A DNA stretch of 64,000 bases, from contig DJVP01000009.1 of assembly GCA_002441245.1 (NCBI GenBank), forward strand, positions 12,817-76,816, given 5' to 3'. The stretch is from Candidatus Omnitrophica bacterium UBA6253 (lineage in GTDB: Bacteria; Omnitrophota; Gorgyraeia; Gygaellales; Profunditerraquicolaceae). The position numbers and the translations under genes were made by a program. Below the pieces are notes generated by a model, which did no database searches, had not been told where the DNA came from, and saw nothing but the letters and a program-made list of their open reading frames with translations. This document shows, piece by piece, positions 30,750 to 40,510 of this stretch (position 1 is its first letter; every line of letters starts with the position of its first letter).

Positions 30750-31619
30750 TTAATATTTTATTCCTTCTTTAAGGGTAAGCTGCCTAAACTTCTTCATTAA
30801 CACCAAAGTAAGCTTTCCGGGTTTGCCTGTCCCGATAACCCTGCCGTCCACCTTAACAACAGGAATAATCTCTGCGGCTGTACCGGTCAAGAAACATTCA
30901 TCGGAAATATAAACTTCATGCCTGGTAATCACATGCTCATGCGTTGGGATCTTGCTCTTGCGGGCAATCTCCAAAACTGAATCCCGGGTAATCCCGCGTA
31001 AAGTCCCCATGCACTGCGGAGGAGTATAAAAATGCCCATTCTTAACCACAAAGATATTATCGCCGGTGCACTCGGCCACATAACCTAATGAATCAAGCAT
31101 AATTGCTTCATCAGAGCCGCAATTAGCTGCCTCGATTTTAGCCAGAATATTGTTCAGATAGTTCAAAGACTTGATCTGAGGATTAAGCGCCTCAGGTAAA
31201 TTACGCACCGTAGGCACAGTAACAATACTTAACCCTTCACGATAAAGTTTTTCCGGATATAAGGCAATCTTATCCGCGATGATAATTATTGTAGCCCCCT
31301 TATAGCACTTGCGCACATCAAGCCCCAAGTCTCCTTCTCCGCGCGTAACTATAAGTCGGATATAAGCATTATCCAATTTATTGGCTTTAACCGTCTGCAG
31401 CACCGCCCTGATCAACTGTTCCCTGGTTAAAGGAATTTTTAACATAATGCTTTGCGCAGACTCGAAAAGCCGGTCGATATGCTCTTTTAATTTAAACACA
31501 CGGCGCCCATACGAACGGATCCCCTCAAAAACACCGTCGCCATAAAGCAGGCCGTGGTCGAAAACTGAAATCTTCGCGCTCCCTTTTTCATAGAATTTAC
31601 CGTTGATATAAACCTTCAT
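30750..31619 (-). CDS. ilvE: Branched-chain amino acid aminotransferase (class IV PLP enzyme). The true start is MKVYING at 31619; the longer ORF reads into the intergenic repeat.
   Basis: Class IV aminotransferase motifs; an AAGGGGGG Shine-Dalgarno sequence sits upstream of the ATG at 31619. Confidence 0.75.
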   Translation of the reverse strand: MKVYINGKFYEKGSAKISVFDHGLLYGDGVFEGIRSYGRRVFKLKEHIDRLFESAQSIMLKIPLTREQLIRAVLQTVKANKLDNAYIRLIVTRGEGDLGLDVRKCYKGATIIIIADKIALYPEKLYREGLSIVTVPTVRNLPEALNPQIKSLNYLNNILAKIEAANCGSDEAIMLDSLGYVAECTGDNIFVVKNGHFYTPPQCMGTLRGITRDSVLEIARKSKIPTHEHVITRHEVYISDECFLTGTAAEIIPVVKVDGRVIGTGKPGKLTLVLMKKFRQLTLKEGIKY

Positions 31620-31719
31620 CGTAGCCCCCCTTGTGTACGAACATACACCCGCGCAATCGCCGCAGAAAGCGGCGCACCCGCCAATCATTTATGGCGGGGT
31701 GACTGACTAACGCGGGGCG
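31620..31719. repeat. GC-rich multi-hairpin intergenic repeat (REP-like family member)
   Basis: Contains acacccgcgcaa, cgccgc-agaaa-gcggcg, cccgcc...ggcggg and aacgc-ggg-gcgtt. It is collinear with the 25.1 kb element, and stem pairing is preserved by compensatory substitutions. Confidence 0.55.
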
Positions 31720-32415
31720 TTAGTTTAAAATAACTCCGTCTTTCAAATGTATAATTTTTCCCGCTGCCCTTGCAATATCTTTATCATGAGTAACCATTAA
31801 AACAGTAATCTTTTCCCTTTGATTAAGCTCTGCAAGCAACTGCAAGATAAGCTTGCCGTTTTCCGAGTCCAGATTGCCGGTAGGCTCATCGCAAAGTAAA
31901 AGTTGCGGGCGGTTAATTAATGCCCGGCAGATAGCTACTCTCTGCTGTTCTCCTCCTGATAACGCCTGCGGCCTATGAGCAAGCCTTTGGGATAATCCCA
32001 GCCTTTCCAGGAGCTGACGGGCAAACTTTAAGTCTTTCTTCCTCCCCCACCAGCTTCTTAAAATACTCGGCAATAAAACATTCTCCAGGGCAGTCAACTC
32101 CGGTAGAAGATGAAAAAATTGAAAAACAAAACCAACTTTGCGGTTACGAAAAGTTGAACGAGCATTTTCATCTAAACCATAAATATCCACGCCTTCAAAA
32201 TAAACCGAACCCTCTGTAGGATTATCCAATCCTCCCAGAATATGTAAAAGCGTAGACTTGCCTGCTCCCGAAGGTCCCTGAATTGCCAAGAATTCTCCCG
32301 CAGTAACAGAAAAATTTACATCTTTTAATATTTCAAGATTACCCGCGTTGTCACGGTAACTTTTACAAATTCCATTAACTTTAACTATACTCTTATTCAT
32401 GCCGTACTGCCTCAC
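31720..32415 (-). CDS. lolD: Lipoprotein-releasing system ATP-binding protein LolD
   Basis: ABC ATPase (GPSGAGKST, LSGGEQQR); lies downstream of a MacB/FtsX-type permease. Confidence 0.7.
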   Translation of the reverse strand: MRQYGMNKSIVKVNGICKSYRDNAGNLEILKDVNFSVTAGEFLAIQGPSGAGKSTLLHILGGLDNPTEGSVYFEGVDIYGLDENARSTFRNRKVGFVFQFFHLLPELTALENVLLPSILRSWWGRKKDLKFARQLLERLGLSQRLAHRPQALSGGEQQRVAICRALINRPQLLLCDEPTGNLDSENGKLILQLLAELNQREKITVLMVTHDKDIARAAGKIIHLKDGVILN

Positions 32416-33604
32416 TGGGAATTATCCTGGTAGCGTAATATGCCGGATAGATACTGGCAGCTAAAATTATCACTAAAGCAGACAATACAATCAAATTAAT
32501 ATCCCCTATATTGATATTAACCGGGATGCGGTCAAAATAATAAATGTCTTTCGGGATCAGTTCCCTGCCGATAATCCGGGATATAAAATCCACTACTTTA
32601 TCCAGGGAAAGTGCAAGAGAAACCCCCCCGGTTAATCCCAAAATGATCCCGGCTATACCGATAGACATACCCTGAAAAACAAAAATCTGCAGGATACTCT
32701 TGGTCCTGGCGCCGACAGAACGCAAGATACCTATATCCTTAATCCGGCTCATCACCGACATAATCAAAGTACTCACAATACCAAAGGCCGCAACCACCGT
32801 AGTCATAGTTACCACGATAAACATAACTATCTTTTCCAATTTCAATGCTTCCAGAAAGTTCCTATTTGCATCTATCCAGGTGCGTGCCTGATATGGCCCG
32901 ACACCGGTTAAATCCCTGTAAAGTTTTTCTTTAATATCCTCAACCTTATAAGCATTATCCACCTTAACTGCCAGGCCGCTTACCGTATCAGGCATCTTGT
33001 AGAAATCCTGCGCTCCTTTAATACCAGTTAAAATCAGGCTGGAATCATAAAGATACATCCCGCTGTTAAAAATTCCCTTGATGCGAAAATCAGTTTTAGT
33101 AAGAGTAGCCGGAGAAACCAGGCTGACCTTATCCCCTATCCCTAAGCCTAAGCGTAAAGCAAACTCCTGGCCTACCGCAACTTCATTACCGGAAAAATCA
33201 TAACTTCCCAATTTCAAATATTCATTAATATTAGATGTCTCTGCCTGAAGCTGCGGATCAATACCGCGCACCTCCACCCCAAAGATTGATTTATTATTCT
33301 TTACCAGTGCCTGGCCATCAATAAACGGAGACGCGCCTTTAACATAAGAAATGGCCTTTAATTTATCGATTACCTTATAGGGCTCTTTTGAGCCGCCATA
33401 GAATTCAAGGGAGAGATGCGCGTTAGTACCGACCATCTTATCTTCAAGGAAACGGTCAAAACCACTCATCACTGAAATTACCACGATTAACACCATCACT
33501 CCGATAGCAATGCCGATCATAGAAATAAGAGCGGTCATAGAAATAATCTTCTCTTTCCTGCCTGCTCTCAAATACCTCTGGCTAAGCCATAACTCCGAAA
33601 GCAT
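32393..33604 (-). CDS. lolC: Lipoprotein-releasing system permease LolC/LolE (FtsX-like permease with a MacB periplasmic domain)
   Basis: Four-TM FtsX fold with a large periplasmic loop. Confidence 0.7.
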   Translation of the reverse strand: MLSELWLSQRYLRAGRKEKIISMTALISMIGIAIGVMVLIVVISVMSGFDRFLEDKMVGTNAHLSLEFYGGSKEPYKVIDKLKAISYVKGASPFIDGQALVKNNKSIFGVEVRGIDPQLQAETSNINEYLKLGSYDFSGNEVAVGQEFALRLGLGIGDKVSLVSPATLTKTDFRIKGIFNSGMYLYDSSLILTGIKGAQDFYKMPDTVSGLAVKVDNAYKVEDIKEKLYRDLTGVGPYQARTWIDANRNFLEALKLEKIVMFIVVTMTTVVAAFGIVSTLIMSVMSRIKDIGILRSVGARTKSILQIFVFQGMSIGIAGIILGLTGGVSLALSLDKVVDFISRIIGRELIPKDIYYFDRIPVNINIGDINLIVLSALVIILAASIYPAYYATRIIPSEAVRHE

Positions 33605-33605
33605 C

Positions 33606-35108
33606 CTACTCCTCTTCCTTAACCTCTTCTTGTTTTCTCAACAGAGGAAACAAAATCACATCCCTAATTGATGGCTGGCCTGTAAACAGCATAACTAACC
33701 TGTCAATGCCTATACCTAGCCCTCCTGCCGGAGGCATGCCATGTTCTAAGGCTAAAAGATAGTCATCATCCACGCTTTTTTGGCTTCGACTATCGGAAGA
33801 CGAACCATCGTTCTCTAATTGGTTATCCTCAGCATTAAGATCTTTTATCTCTTCCTCAAAACGCTTGCGTTGCTCCAGTGGGTCATTTAACTCGGAATAA
33901 GCATTGGCAATTTCCATGCCTGCCACATAAAGTTCAAACCTTTCGGAAACCAAAGGATTATCTTTTCTTACCTTAGCCAGAGGGCAAAGGCTGGTAAAAT
34001 AATCCGTGATAAATACCGGGTTAACCTGCAGCCCCTCCTCTAACGTATCTTCAATAATCTTATTTATCTGCGAACGGCTCAAACGGTTTTTATCCCTGGC
34101 AAACCCCTTAGCCTGTAATTTTTCAAGCATTTTAGCAGGGTCGTCAAACGGCTCTATGCCAAACTTATCTTTGACTAATCCAGCAAATGACTGCCTGTTC
34201 CAGGGGGTTTTAAGGGCAATGACCTTGCCCTGATAAACCAATTCATCTTTGCCTAAAACTTCGGCTGCCACATAACAGACCAAGTCCTGGGTTAAGTTAA
34301 TCATATCTTCGTAATCCGCATAGGCCTGGTAAACTTCAAGCATGGTAAACTCCGGATTATGCCGGGTAGATACCCCTTCGTTGCGGAAAGAACGATTGAT
34401 CTCATAGACCCGGTCAAACCCTCCTACTAAAAGGCGCTTTAAGTACAACTCCGGGGCAATCCTTAGATATAAATCCATGCTATATTCATTATGGAATGTC
34501 TTAAATGGCCGGCCTGCCGCGCCGCCTGCGATATCATGCATCATCGGGGTCTCAACCTCCAAGAATCCTTTCTCGTCAAGGAAATTACGGATAGCCCGGA
34601 TAATCTTTGCTCGTAATAAAAATACTTTTTTTACATCTTCATTGGAAAGTAAATCCAGATAACGCTGTCTATAACGCAATTCCACATCTTTTAAGCCATG
34701 CCACTTCTCGGGCAATGGCCGCAAGGCCTTAGCTAGTATTGTAAAATCCATAACCTTAACCGTAAATTCTCCGGTATGCGTCTTAAAAAGTTCACCCTGC
34801 ACGCTTATAATATCGGCAATATCGAGTTGCTCAATAAGAGCGGCCTTTTCCTCTCCCACGACATCCCGCTTAAGATAAAGCTGAATCTTGCCGGTAGCAT
34901 CCCGCAAGTCCATAAAATTAACTTTGCCATGGCTGCGATTAGCCGTAATCCTTCCACAGAGCACAACCTTCTTGCCTTCTTCAAAAGAAACCAAAGCTTG
35001 GCCAACAGTATCATGATCCGGTACAGCAGCAGGATACAAGGGCACTTTTTTCTCTTTAAGCGCCTCTAATTTGTTAATTCTTTGCTGGATAATCTCATCA
35101 ATGTCCAT
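33606..35108 (-). CDS. lysS: Lysyl-tRNA synthetase (class II)
   Basis: N-terminal OB fold, class II motifs, FRNEGVSTRHNPEFTMLE. Confidence 0.85.
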   Translation of the reverse strand: MDIDEIIQQRINKLEALKEKKVPLYPAAVPDHDTVGQALVSFEEGKKVVLCGRITANRSHGKVNFMDLRDATGKIQLYLKRDVVGEEKAALIEQLDIADIISVQGELFKTHTGEFTVKVMDFTILAKALRPLPEKWHGLKDVELRYRQRYLDLLSNEDVKKVFLLRAKIIRAIRNFLDEKGFLEVETPMMHDIAGGAAGRPFKTFHNEYSMDLYLRIAPELYLKRLLVGGFDRVYEINRSFRNEGVSTRHNPEFTMLEVYQAYADYEDMINLTQDLVCYVAAEVLGKDELVYQGKVIALKTPWNRQSFAGLVKDKFGIEPFDDPAKMLEKLQAKGFARDKNRLSRSQINKIIEDTLEEGLQVNPVFITDYFTSLCPLAKVRKDNPLVSERFELYVAGMEIANAYSELNDPLEQRKRFEEEIKDLNAEDNQLENDGSSSDSRSQKSVDDDYLLALEHGMPPAGGLGIGIDRLVMLFTGQPSIRDVILFPLLRKQEEVKEEE

Positions 35109-35142
35109 AGGTTAGTAATTATATAGTATATTTGGGGTTATG

Positions 35143-35183
35143 TCAAAAGAAAATGGGGCAGGATATTGATTAAATCCTGCCCC
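35143..35183 (-). terminator. Rho-independent terminator after the HtpX-like gene
   Basis: Minus-strand RNA: GGGGCAGGAU-UUAAUCAAU-AUCCUGCCCC, followed by AUUUUCUUUU. Confidence 0.7.
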
Positions 35184-35207
35184 ATCTGGTTAGCTATCAG
35201 ATACTTT

Positions 35208-36170
35208 TTAAGCCTGGTATTGCGAAAGTTTCTTAATCCTTTTAAGCATATTAGGATGCGTGCTTAAAAGCTCCATCATCTTATCCCCTAAATTCAAACG
35301 AATGTTTGAATTCTTGAGTAACCCCAGCTCAGAAGCATCAATTGAGCCGCTTTTATCTAAATCTAGCTGTGATAACTCCAAAACCTCTTTCCTGCCCTGG
35401 GATGGATCATTAATGAAAAATGCTTTTAATCCTTCGCTTTGCTTTAAAGATTCTTTATTCAGCCTGGCTGCTCCGTAAGCCAGCTTATAAAGGCTGGAGG
35501 CCAGGGCCTTGGGCTGATTACCTAAAAGTACCGACCCCCGGTCCGCAAAATATTCCCGGATACGCGATGCATAAAGAACCAAAAGGTTGGTCACAAAATA
35601 AAACAGAAAAGCTGCCAGGCCGATTAATACGGTATTAGCCCCCCGCTCATCACGTCTCCTGCCAAAAAATAAAAACTGCCAGGCAATACGGTACATAATC
35701 ATGGGGATTACCGAGAGCAGGGTAATCGTAAGCACGTCGCGATTCTTTAAATGGCTTAATTCATGCCCTAGCACTGCCTTCAATTCCTCCTCGTTGAGCA
35801 AATTTATAATCCCGCTGGTTACACAAACCCTGCCGTCTTTTATTGAGCGGCCAAAGGCAAAAGCATTGGGGATATCGATCTGGGCGATACCAATTCTAGG
35901 CATAGGGATATTCGCGCGCATACTTAAGCTTTCCACCATCTGGAACAGGCGCGGATTATCCGCCCTTTTTATGTATTTTACATGCATACTCCACTCTACT
36001 ATTTTTGGCCCCAGCATATACTGGATAAACATCATCGCGACAGAGATAATCAGATAAAAGTTAAAATCACCAGCGTGCAGGAAACCTCTGCCGATAACAA
36101 CAATTAAAGCATAAATGATCCCGAATAAAAGAGTCACCAAAAGCCACATCCTTAATTGCAATGACCACAT
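35208..36170 (-). CDS. htpX: HtpX-like M48 membrane Zn-metalloprotease
   Basis: TM helices plus the HELSHLKNRD HExxH motif. Confidence 0.75.
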   Translation of the reverse strand: MWSLQLRMWLLVTLLFGIIYALIVVIGRGFLHAGDFNFYLIISVAMMFIQYMLGPKIVEWSMHVKYIKRADNPRLFQMVESLSMRANIPMPRIGIAQIDIPNAFAFGRSIKDGRVCVTSGIINLLNEEELKAVLGHELSHLKNRDVLTITLLSVIPMIMYRIAWQFLFFGRRRDERGANTVLIGLAAFLFYFVTNLLVLYASRIREYFADRGSVLLGNQPKALASSLYKLAYGAARLNKESLKQSEGLKAFFINDPSQGRKEVLELSQLDLDKSGSIDASELGLLKNSNIRLNLGDKMMELLSTHPNMLKRIKKLSQYQA

Positions 36171-36198
36171 CCCCGTTTCCCCCCTATCATTGTTTTAA

Positions 36199-36582
36199 TT
36201 AAACTGAATCATTAATAACATCGGCCTTAATAATGAATTTGTATATAGGCATAGTTTTACTATCGGTATCTACATATACATACTGGGTTATCTGTCCGGA
36301 ATATCCTTTGGGGTCAAATTTTACCGCCAGGTTAGCGGTTTCTTTGGGCAAGATAACCTTTTTATCTATTTCTGAAACAGTACAACCGCAGGAAGCATGT
36401 GTACCGTTGATATTTAAATCGTCGATAGAATCATTTTTCAATAAAAAGGTGTGCTTTACAATCCCCTCCGAGGCGCGAATCTTGCCGAAATCCCAAGTAT
36501 TAGTATCGGGTTCGGCAAGCTGAGCCAGCCCTACTGATAAAATAAACAAAAAACACACAGTAAATAATAAGACTTTACGCAT
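36199..36582 (-). CDS. DUF1573-domain secreted protein
   Basis: Signal peptide and the characteristic HASCGCTVS motif. Confidence 0.6.
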   Translation of the reverse strand: MRKVLLFTVCFLFILSVGLAQLAEPDTNTWDFGKIRASEGIVKHTFLLKNDSIDDLNINGTHASCGCTVSEIDKKVILPKETANLAVKFDPKGYSGQITQYVYVDTDSKTMPIYKFIIKADVINDSV

Positions 36583-37760
36583 TAACCCCTCCAGATTAAG
36601 AATAACCCTAAAATAAAAAACAAAACGGCCATAAATATTTTAATTAAACCCAAATGTTTCTTGATAAATCCCGAGAACTGTGTACTGGTTGTCCCCATAA
36701 GCGCAAAAACAAAGATCGTTATCAGCGGGACGATAAACATGACGTTGTAAAGCAAAAGATATCCCAGGGCCTGCAATTTAAAGGAGCTGGCCTTCAAAAC
36801 AAAGGCTATCGTAGGCAGATACACCTGTCCGGTGCAAACTGCCTCCAGCAAAGAAACCAAAAACCCGCTGATAAAAGCGCTAGCAAGAAGCTTGCCTAAT
36901 CCGGGGGAGGAATTTTGCTGTTTTTCTTGAGAACTTTTGCGGTAAAAAAAGCCTACCACCTTATGGATACGTTCTTTAACCGCCTTAGGTAACTGCAGAA
37001 TAAGTTGTTCGGTTGAACCCGTCTTTTTAAATTTGATAAAATCATAAATCGCAAAAATACCGAACAGGATACTGGCTGAGCCAATAGTTATATTCAATAA
37101 ATGAGTAATTGCCCAAAAACCGCGGAAACGGTAAAGGAAATTAAAAACCCCTAAACCTATGCACAGATACGTCAGGAACACAGAAAGAATAAAAGCAGTC
37201 CCGATAAAAAACAGCTCTTTCTTACGGTACCCCTGGGCTGACAGAAAAGAAATAAAGAATACAATCACCGTAAAGGCGCAGGGGTTGATCCCATCCTCAA
37301 GCCCTGCGATAATTACGGAGAGGGGAACAAAACTCTTAAAATATGCGACTGGATCAGCCGGCATTAAAAAAGATCCTGCAAGCGGCCTGCTTAAGGAATC
37401 TTTGATGAAATTACGCAGGTTAGCCTCAACTTCTCCCTGGCTATTCAAAAATTTCCCCTGCATGTAGAAAACCGGGATCTTGAATTCTACACCAGAGCCG
37501 CTTTTCTGCATTAGGCTTAAGAACAACTTATAGTTTTCCAATTCCTCCACATCCAGATAAACAAAAACAACCTTTCCCTCAAATTCCTTCTGGATAGCCG
37601 GCATTACCTGCGCCTTTATTTTCGAGCATTCATGGCAGTTAAGTGAATAAAAAATAAACAACTCCGGCATCTCTTGCTTATCAAGGGCCATGGCCCTTAC
37701 AGGCAAAAACAATGTTATAAAGAAAAAACAAGCTAAGCATCTCTGTATTATTTTACGCAT
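36582..37760 (-). CDS. Thioredoxin-like domain (CHEC) fused to a DsbD/CcdA-family multi-TM thiol-disulfide transfer domain
   Basis: Signal peptide; CxxC in a thioredoxin-like N-terminal domain; TM core with NPCAF and CTGQ motifs. Confidence 0.5.
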   Translation of the reverse strand: MRKIIQRCLACFFFITLFLPVRAMALDKQEMPELFIFYSLNCHECSKIKAQVMPAIQKEFEGKVVFVYLDVEELENYKLFLSLMQKSGSGVEFKIPVFYMQGKFLNSQGEVEANLRNFIKDSLSRPLAGSFLMPADPVAYFKSFVPLSVIIAGLEDGINPCAFTVIVFFISFLSAQGYRKKELFFIGTAFILSVFLTYLCIGLGVFNFLYRFRGFWAITHLLNITIGSASILFGIFAIYDFIKFKKTGSTEQLILQLPKAVKERIHKVVGFFYRKSSQEKQQNSSPGLGKLLASAFISGFLVSLLEAVCTGQVYLPTIAFVLKASSFKLQALGYLLLYNVMFIVPLITIFVFALMGTTSTQFSGFIKKHLGLIKIFMAVLFFILGLFLIWRG

Positions 37761-37842
37761 AGAGGTTCCTTTTACCGCTATACTCCCGATTTGCCAGACC
37801 AGCCAGAGGGATTACACGAAAAACAGTGTACGTATACTTATT

Positions 37843-38235
37843 CTATTTATTAAATATGCTGAATTTACCCGGGCCTAATAAAATAAGGGACAGGCAAATT
37901 GCTGCAATTATAAAGGTGTACTCAAAACCTCCGTTAGACAAGAAAAAACCTTTACCTATGTGCACCTTAATAGCAGCAGTAACAATTAAAATTAAAAGCA
38001 GAGTTGCTGCCGGTCTGACCTGCAGGCCTATAATCAGCAAGAGCCCGCCAAGCAACTCCGTATATGCAGCAATATATGCCCAGAATATTGCCGGAGTAAA
38101 CCCCAAACCGGAAAGCATCCCGGAAAAAGCCTTTATCCCCGGTCCGCCGAACAAACCAAAAGATTTTTGCAGGCCGTGCGCCATAAACATAATACCCAGC
38201 CCCAATCGCAAAACCAAAATCCCCCAATTTAACAT
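37843..38235 (-). CDS. DoxX-family membrane protein
   Basis: MLNWGILVLRLGLGIMFMAHGLQK... typical DoxX four-TM protein. Confidence 0.7.
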   Translation of the reverse strand: MLNWGILVLRLGLGIMFMAHGLQKSFGLFGGPGIKAFSGMLSGLGFTPAIFWAYIAAYTELLGGLLLIIGLQVRPAATLLLILIVTAAIKVHIGKGFFLSNGGFEYTFIIAAICLSLILLGPGKFSIFNK

Positions 38236-39395
38236 TTTGTCCCTCCTTGCCTGCCAGCAGGCCTATCTATCGATAGGCAACAAGCTTTTAATAAATTACC
38301 GGCTAATCCTATCTTATTCCTCAAGCCGGATGAACGGTAAATACACATTAAAAAATGCAATAGAGTAGGAGAAAAACCTTTCAGATTCAGGCCAAAAACA
38401 CTGCCGCATGATTTATTATTTGCCATGGGGATAATAAATCCAAGATCCCGTGGGCGAAATTTATTAAGCGGAAGTTTTTTTATGCTCCTGATTATATTAT
38501 CCGCTGTTTGAGCGCCTTCGGCAATAGAAAACTGCACAGCCATCCTTAAAGGATTATTTCCTTTAACAAAAAAGGCTGCATCCCCTGCACAGAAACAATC
38601 CTGTTTAAATGTCAAACATTCATCAACAACTATTCTGCCCTGCGGATTCTTTTCAACCGCTAGTTTCTGTATAAAATCAGCAGTCCTTACGCCCGGAACC
38701 CAAATTAACATAGCCCTTTCAAATACACGGCCTCCGGAAACTGCCACCCTGTTGCTCTGTATATTTTCAATAACTGAGTTCAATAAAACCTCTATCCCCA
38801 TGCTTTTTAAATTATCCCGCACATAGATTTTCATCCAAAGCGGCAAAGGCCCGAGTATCCCGGGCGTCCGCTCGACAATAACAACTCTTCCGGTAAAACC
38901 GTTATTGCGGAACAGCAGCCAAAGATTAGTTGCTGCCTCTATCCCTGTATATCCGCCTCCGCAAATGATGAAATTATCAAATTTATTATCCCGAAGCGCA
39001 TTTATTATAACTTTTACGTCATTTACACTATTTAAAGCATAAGCGTAGTCTTGCGCATTCTGGTTACCGAAGAAATTTGTCTGGCTGCCGCTGGAAATAA
39101 GCAAAAAATCATAAGTATAGCTGGAGCCAACGGTATAAACCTGCTTAGCTTCAAGATCAATTGAAATGACTTCTTCTTTAATAAATCTTACTTTTTTCCC
39201 CAATAGAGCTTGAATACGGTAAGTAAGCAGCTCAGGGCCCAGCCCCCTGCCTACTGCATCGGGGATCAGTGGTAAAAAATCAGTGTCCTCTTTCTTATCA
39301 AAGATCACAATGTCAAGATCAAGCCCGCACTTAGACAACTTTTTTGCCGCGCTTAATCCGGCGAAACCGGCGCCAATAATAACTATTTTATGCAT
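38229..39395 (-). CDS. Type II NADH dehydrogenase / pyridine-nucleotide-disulfide oxidoreductase family flavoprotein
   Basis: Two dinucleotide-binding motifs (IIGAGFAGLS, ICGGGYTGIE) and CAGDAAFF. Confidence 0.65.
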   Translation of the reverse strand: MHKIVIIGAGFAGLSAAKKLSKCGLDLDIVIFDKKEDTDFLPLIPDAVGRGLGPELLTYRIQALLGKKVRFIKEEVISIDLEAKQVYTVGSSYTYDFLLISSGSQTNFFGNQNAQDYAYALNSVNDVKVIINALRDNKFDNFIICGGGYTGIEAATNLWLLFRNNGFTGRVVIVERTPGILGPLPLWMKIYVRDNLKSMGIEVLLNSVIENIQSNRVAVSGGRVFERAMLIWVPGVRTADFIQKLAVEKNPQGRIVVDECLTFKQDCFCAGDAAFFVKGNNPLRMAVQFSIAEGAQTADNIIRSIKKLPLNKFRPRDLGFIIPMANNKSCGSVFGLNLKGFSPTLLHFLMCIYRSSGLRNKIGLAGNLLKACCLSIDRPAGRQGGTKC

Positions 39396-39468
39396 ATTTA
39401 AAAAAGGTAAATTCCCCGCTTGCGAAAGTGTAATTGCATAATTATATTTTATATGTTAACATATTTTT

Positions 39469-40510
39469 ATGTTCATGAAAATAAAAATCCGCATTGAAAA
39501 AGAACTGTCCAGTTACATCAAAACCATAGACAGGCTGTATTCGCTCAATAAGCTCTCCCCTGTTCTTTTTAAAAGTATCAAGGAGTTTATTTGCCGTCCG
39601 GGTAAAAGAGTCCGCCCGATATTATTCTGCATTGGATATCTTGGTTTTTCTAAAAAAAACCCCTCCGGGACTTTACCGCAGCGCGCTATCCTTAGAATTG
39701 CTGCATGATTTCATGCTGGTTCATGACGATATCATTGATAAATCCGATACCCGCCGTGGCGCCCCCTCAATGCATGCCCTGCTGAACCGATACCTTGACC
39801 CCAGGAAGAATATTAAATTCAACGGAGAAGACTTGGCTATTGTTATAGGTGACGTGATGTACGCTATGGGCCTGGACGCCTTTTTAGCGGTTAAAGAGAA
39901 CCTGCAACACAAAGAAAATGCCTTAAGAAAACTTATCTCCGCAGCTTTATACACCGGAAGCGGAGAATTTATAGAATTGCTTTTGGGAGCCAAGGCATTA
40001 GAAAAAGTTACCCAGGAAGATATTTACAAGATTTATGATTATAAAACCGCAAATTATACCTTTGCCTCACCCCTGACCATGGGCTCCACTCTTGCCGGAG
40101 CAGAAGCAGGCCAAGCGAAAAAACTCTACTCTTATGGCATGTTTCTGGGAAGAGCCTTTCAAATTAAAGACGATATCATCGGGACTTTCGGCGAAGAAAA
40201 AGATACCGGAAAATCAAACCTCACTGATATTAAAGAAGCCAAAAGAACCCTGCTTGTATGGTATGCCTTTAACCACGCCTGCAAAAAAGACAAGCTGGTA
40301 ATAAAAAGGATTATGGATGGTAAATTTTCAAGCAATACCGAACTGCTAAAAATGCGCCAGATAATTTCCCGCTCGGGTGCGCTGGCATATGCAAAAGACC
40401 AGATTAAGCTTCTTTTCTCTAAAGCAAATATACAACTTGACACTTTGAAAATGGATGCGCATTATAAACAGGCGCTGGATAATTTCTCCCAAAAAATCCT
40501 TAAAATATAA
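39469..40510 (+). pseudogene. Polyprenyl diphosphate synthase (GGPP-synthase-like, CrtE candidate). It is split by a 1-nt frameshift inside the A8 run at 39652-39659: the N-terminal 79 aa are in one frame and the catalytic body is in another.
   Basis: Frame 1 gives ...GKRVRPILFCIGYLGFSKKNPSGT..., then a stop. Frame 2 gives ...VFLKKTPPGLYRSALSLELLHDFMLVHDDIID (first DDxxD) ... FQIKDDIIG (second DDxxD). A7 instead of A8 would restore a single ORF. Confidence 0.65.

Noticed and set aside
31620-31688. N-terminal extension MIGGCAAFCGDCAGVCSYTRGAT on the ilvE ORF, which looks like a Cys-rich metal-binding tag.
   Set aside because: It is the translation of the GC-rich intergenic repeat. The conserved aminotransferase N-terminus begins at MKVYING, which is preceded by a Shine-Dalgarno sequence. 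This is a read-through artefact of ORF calling.
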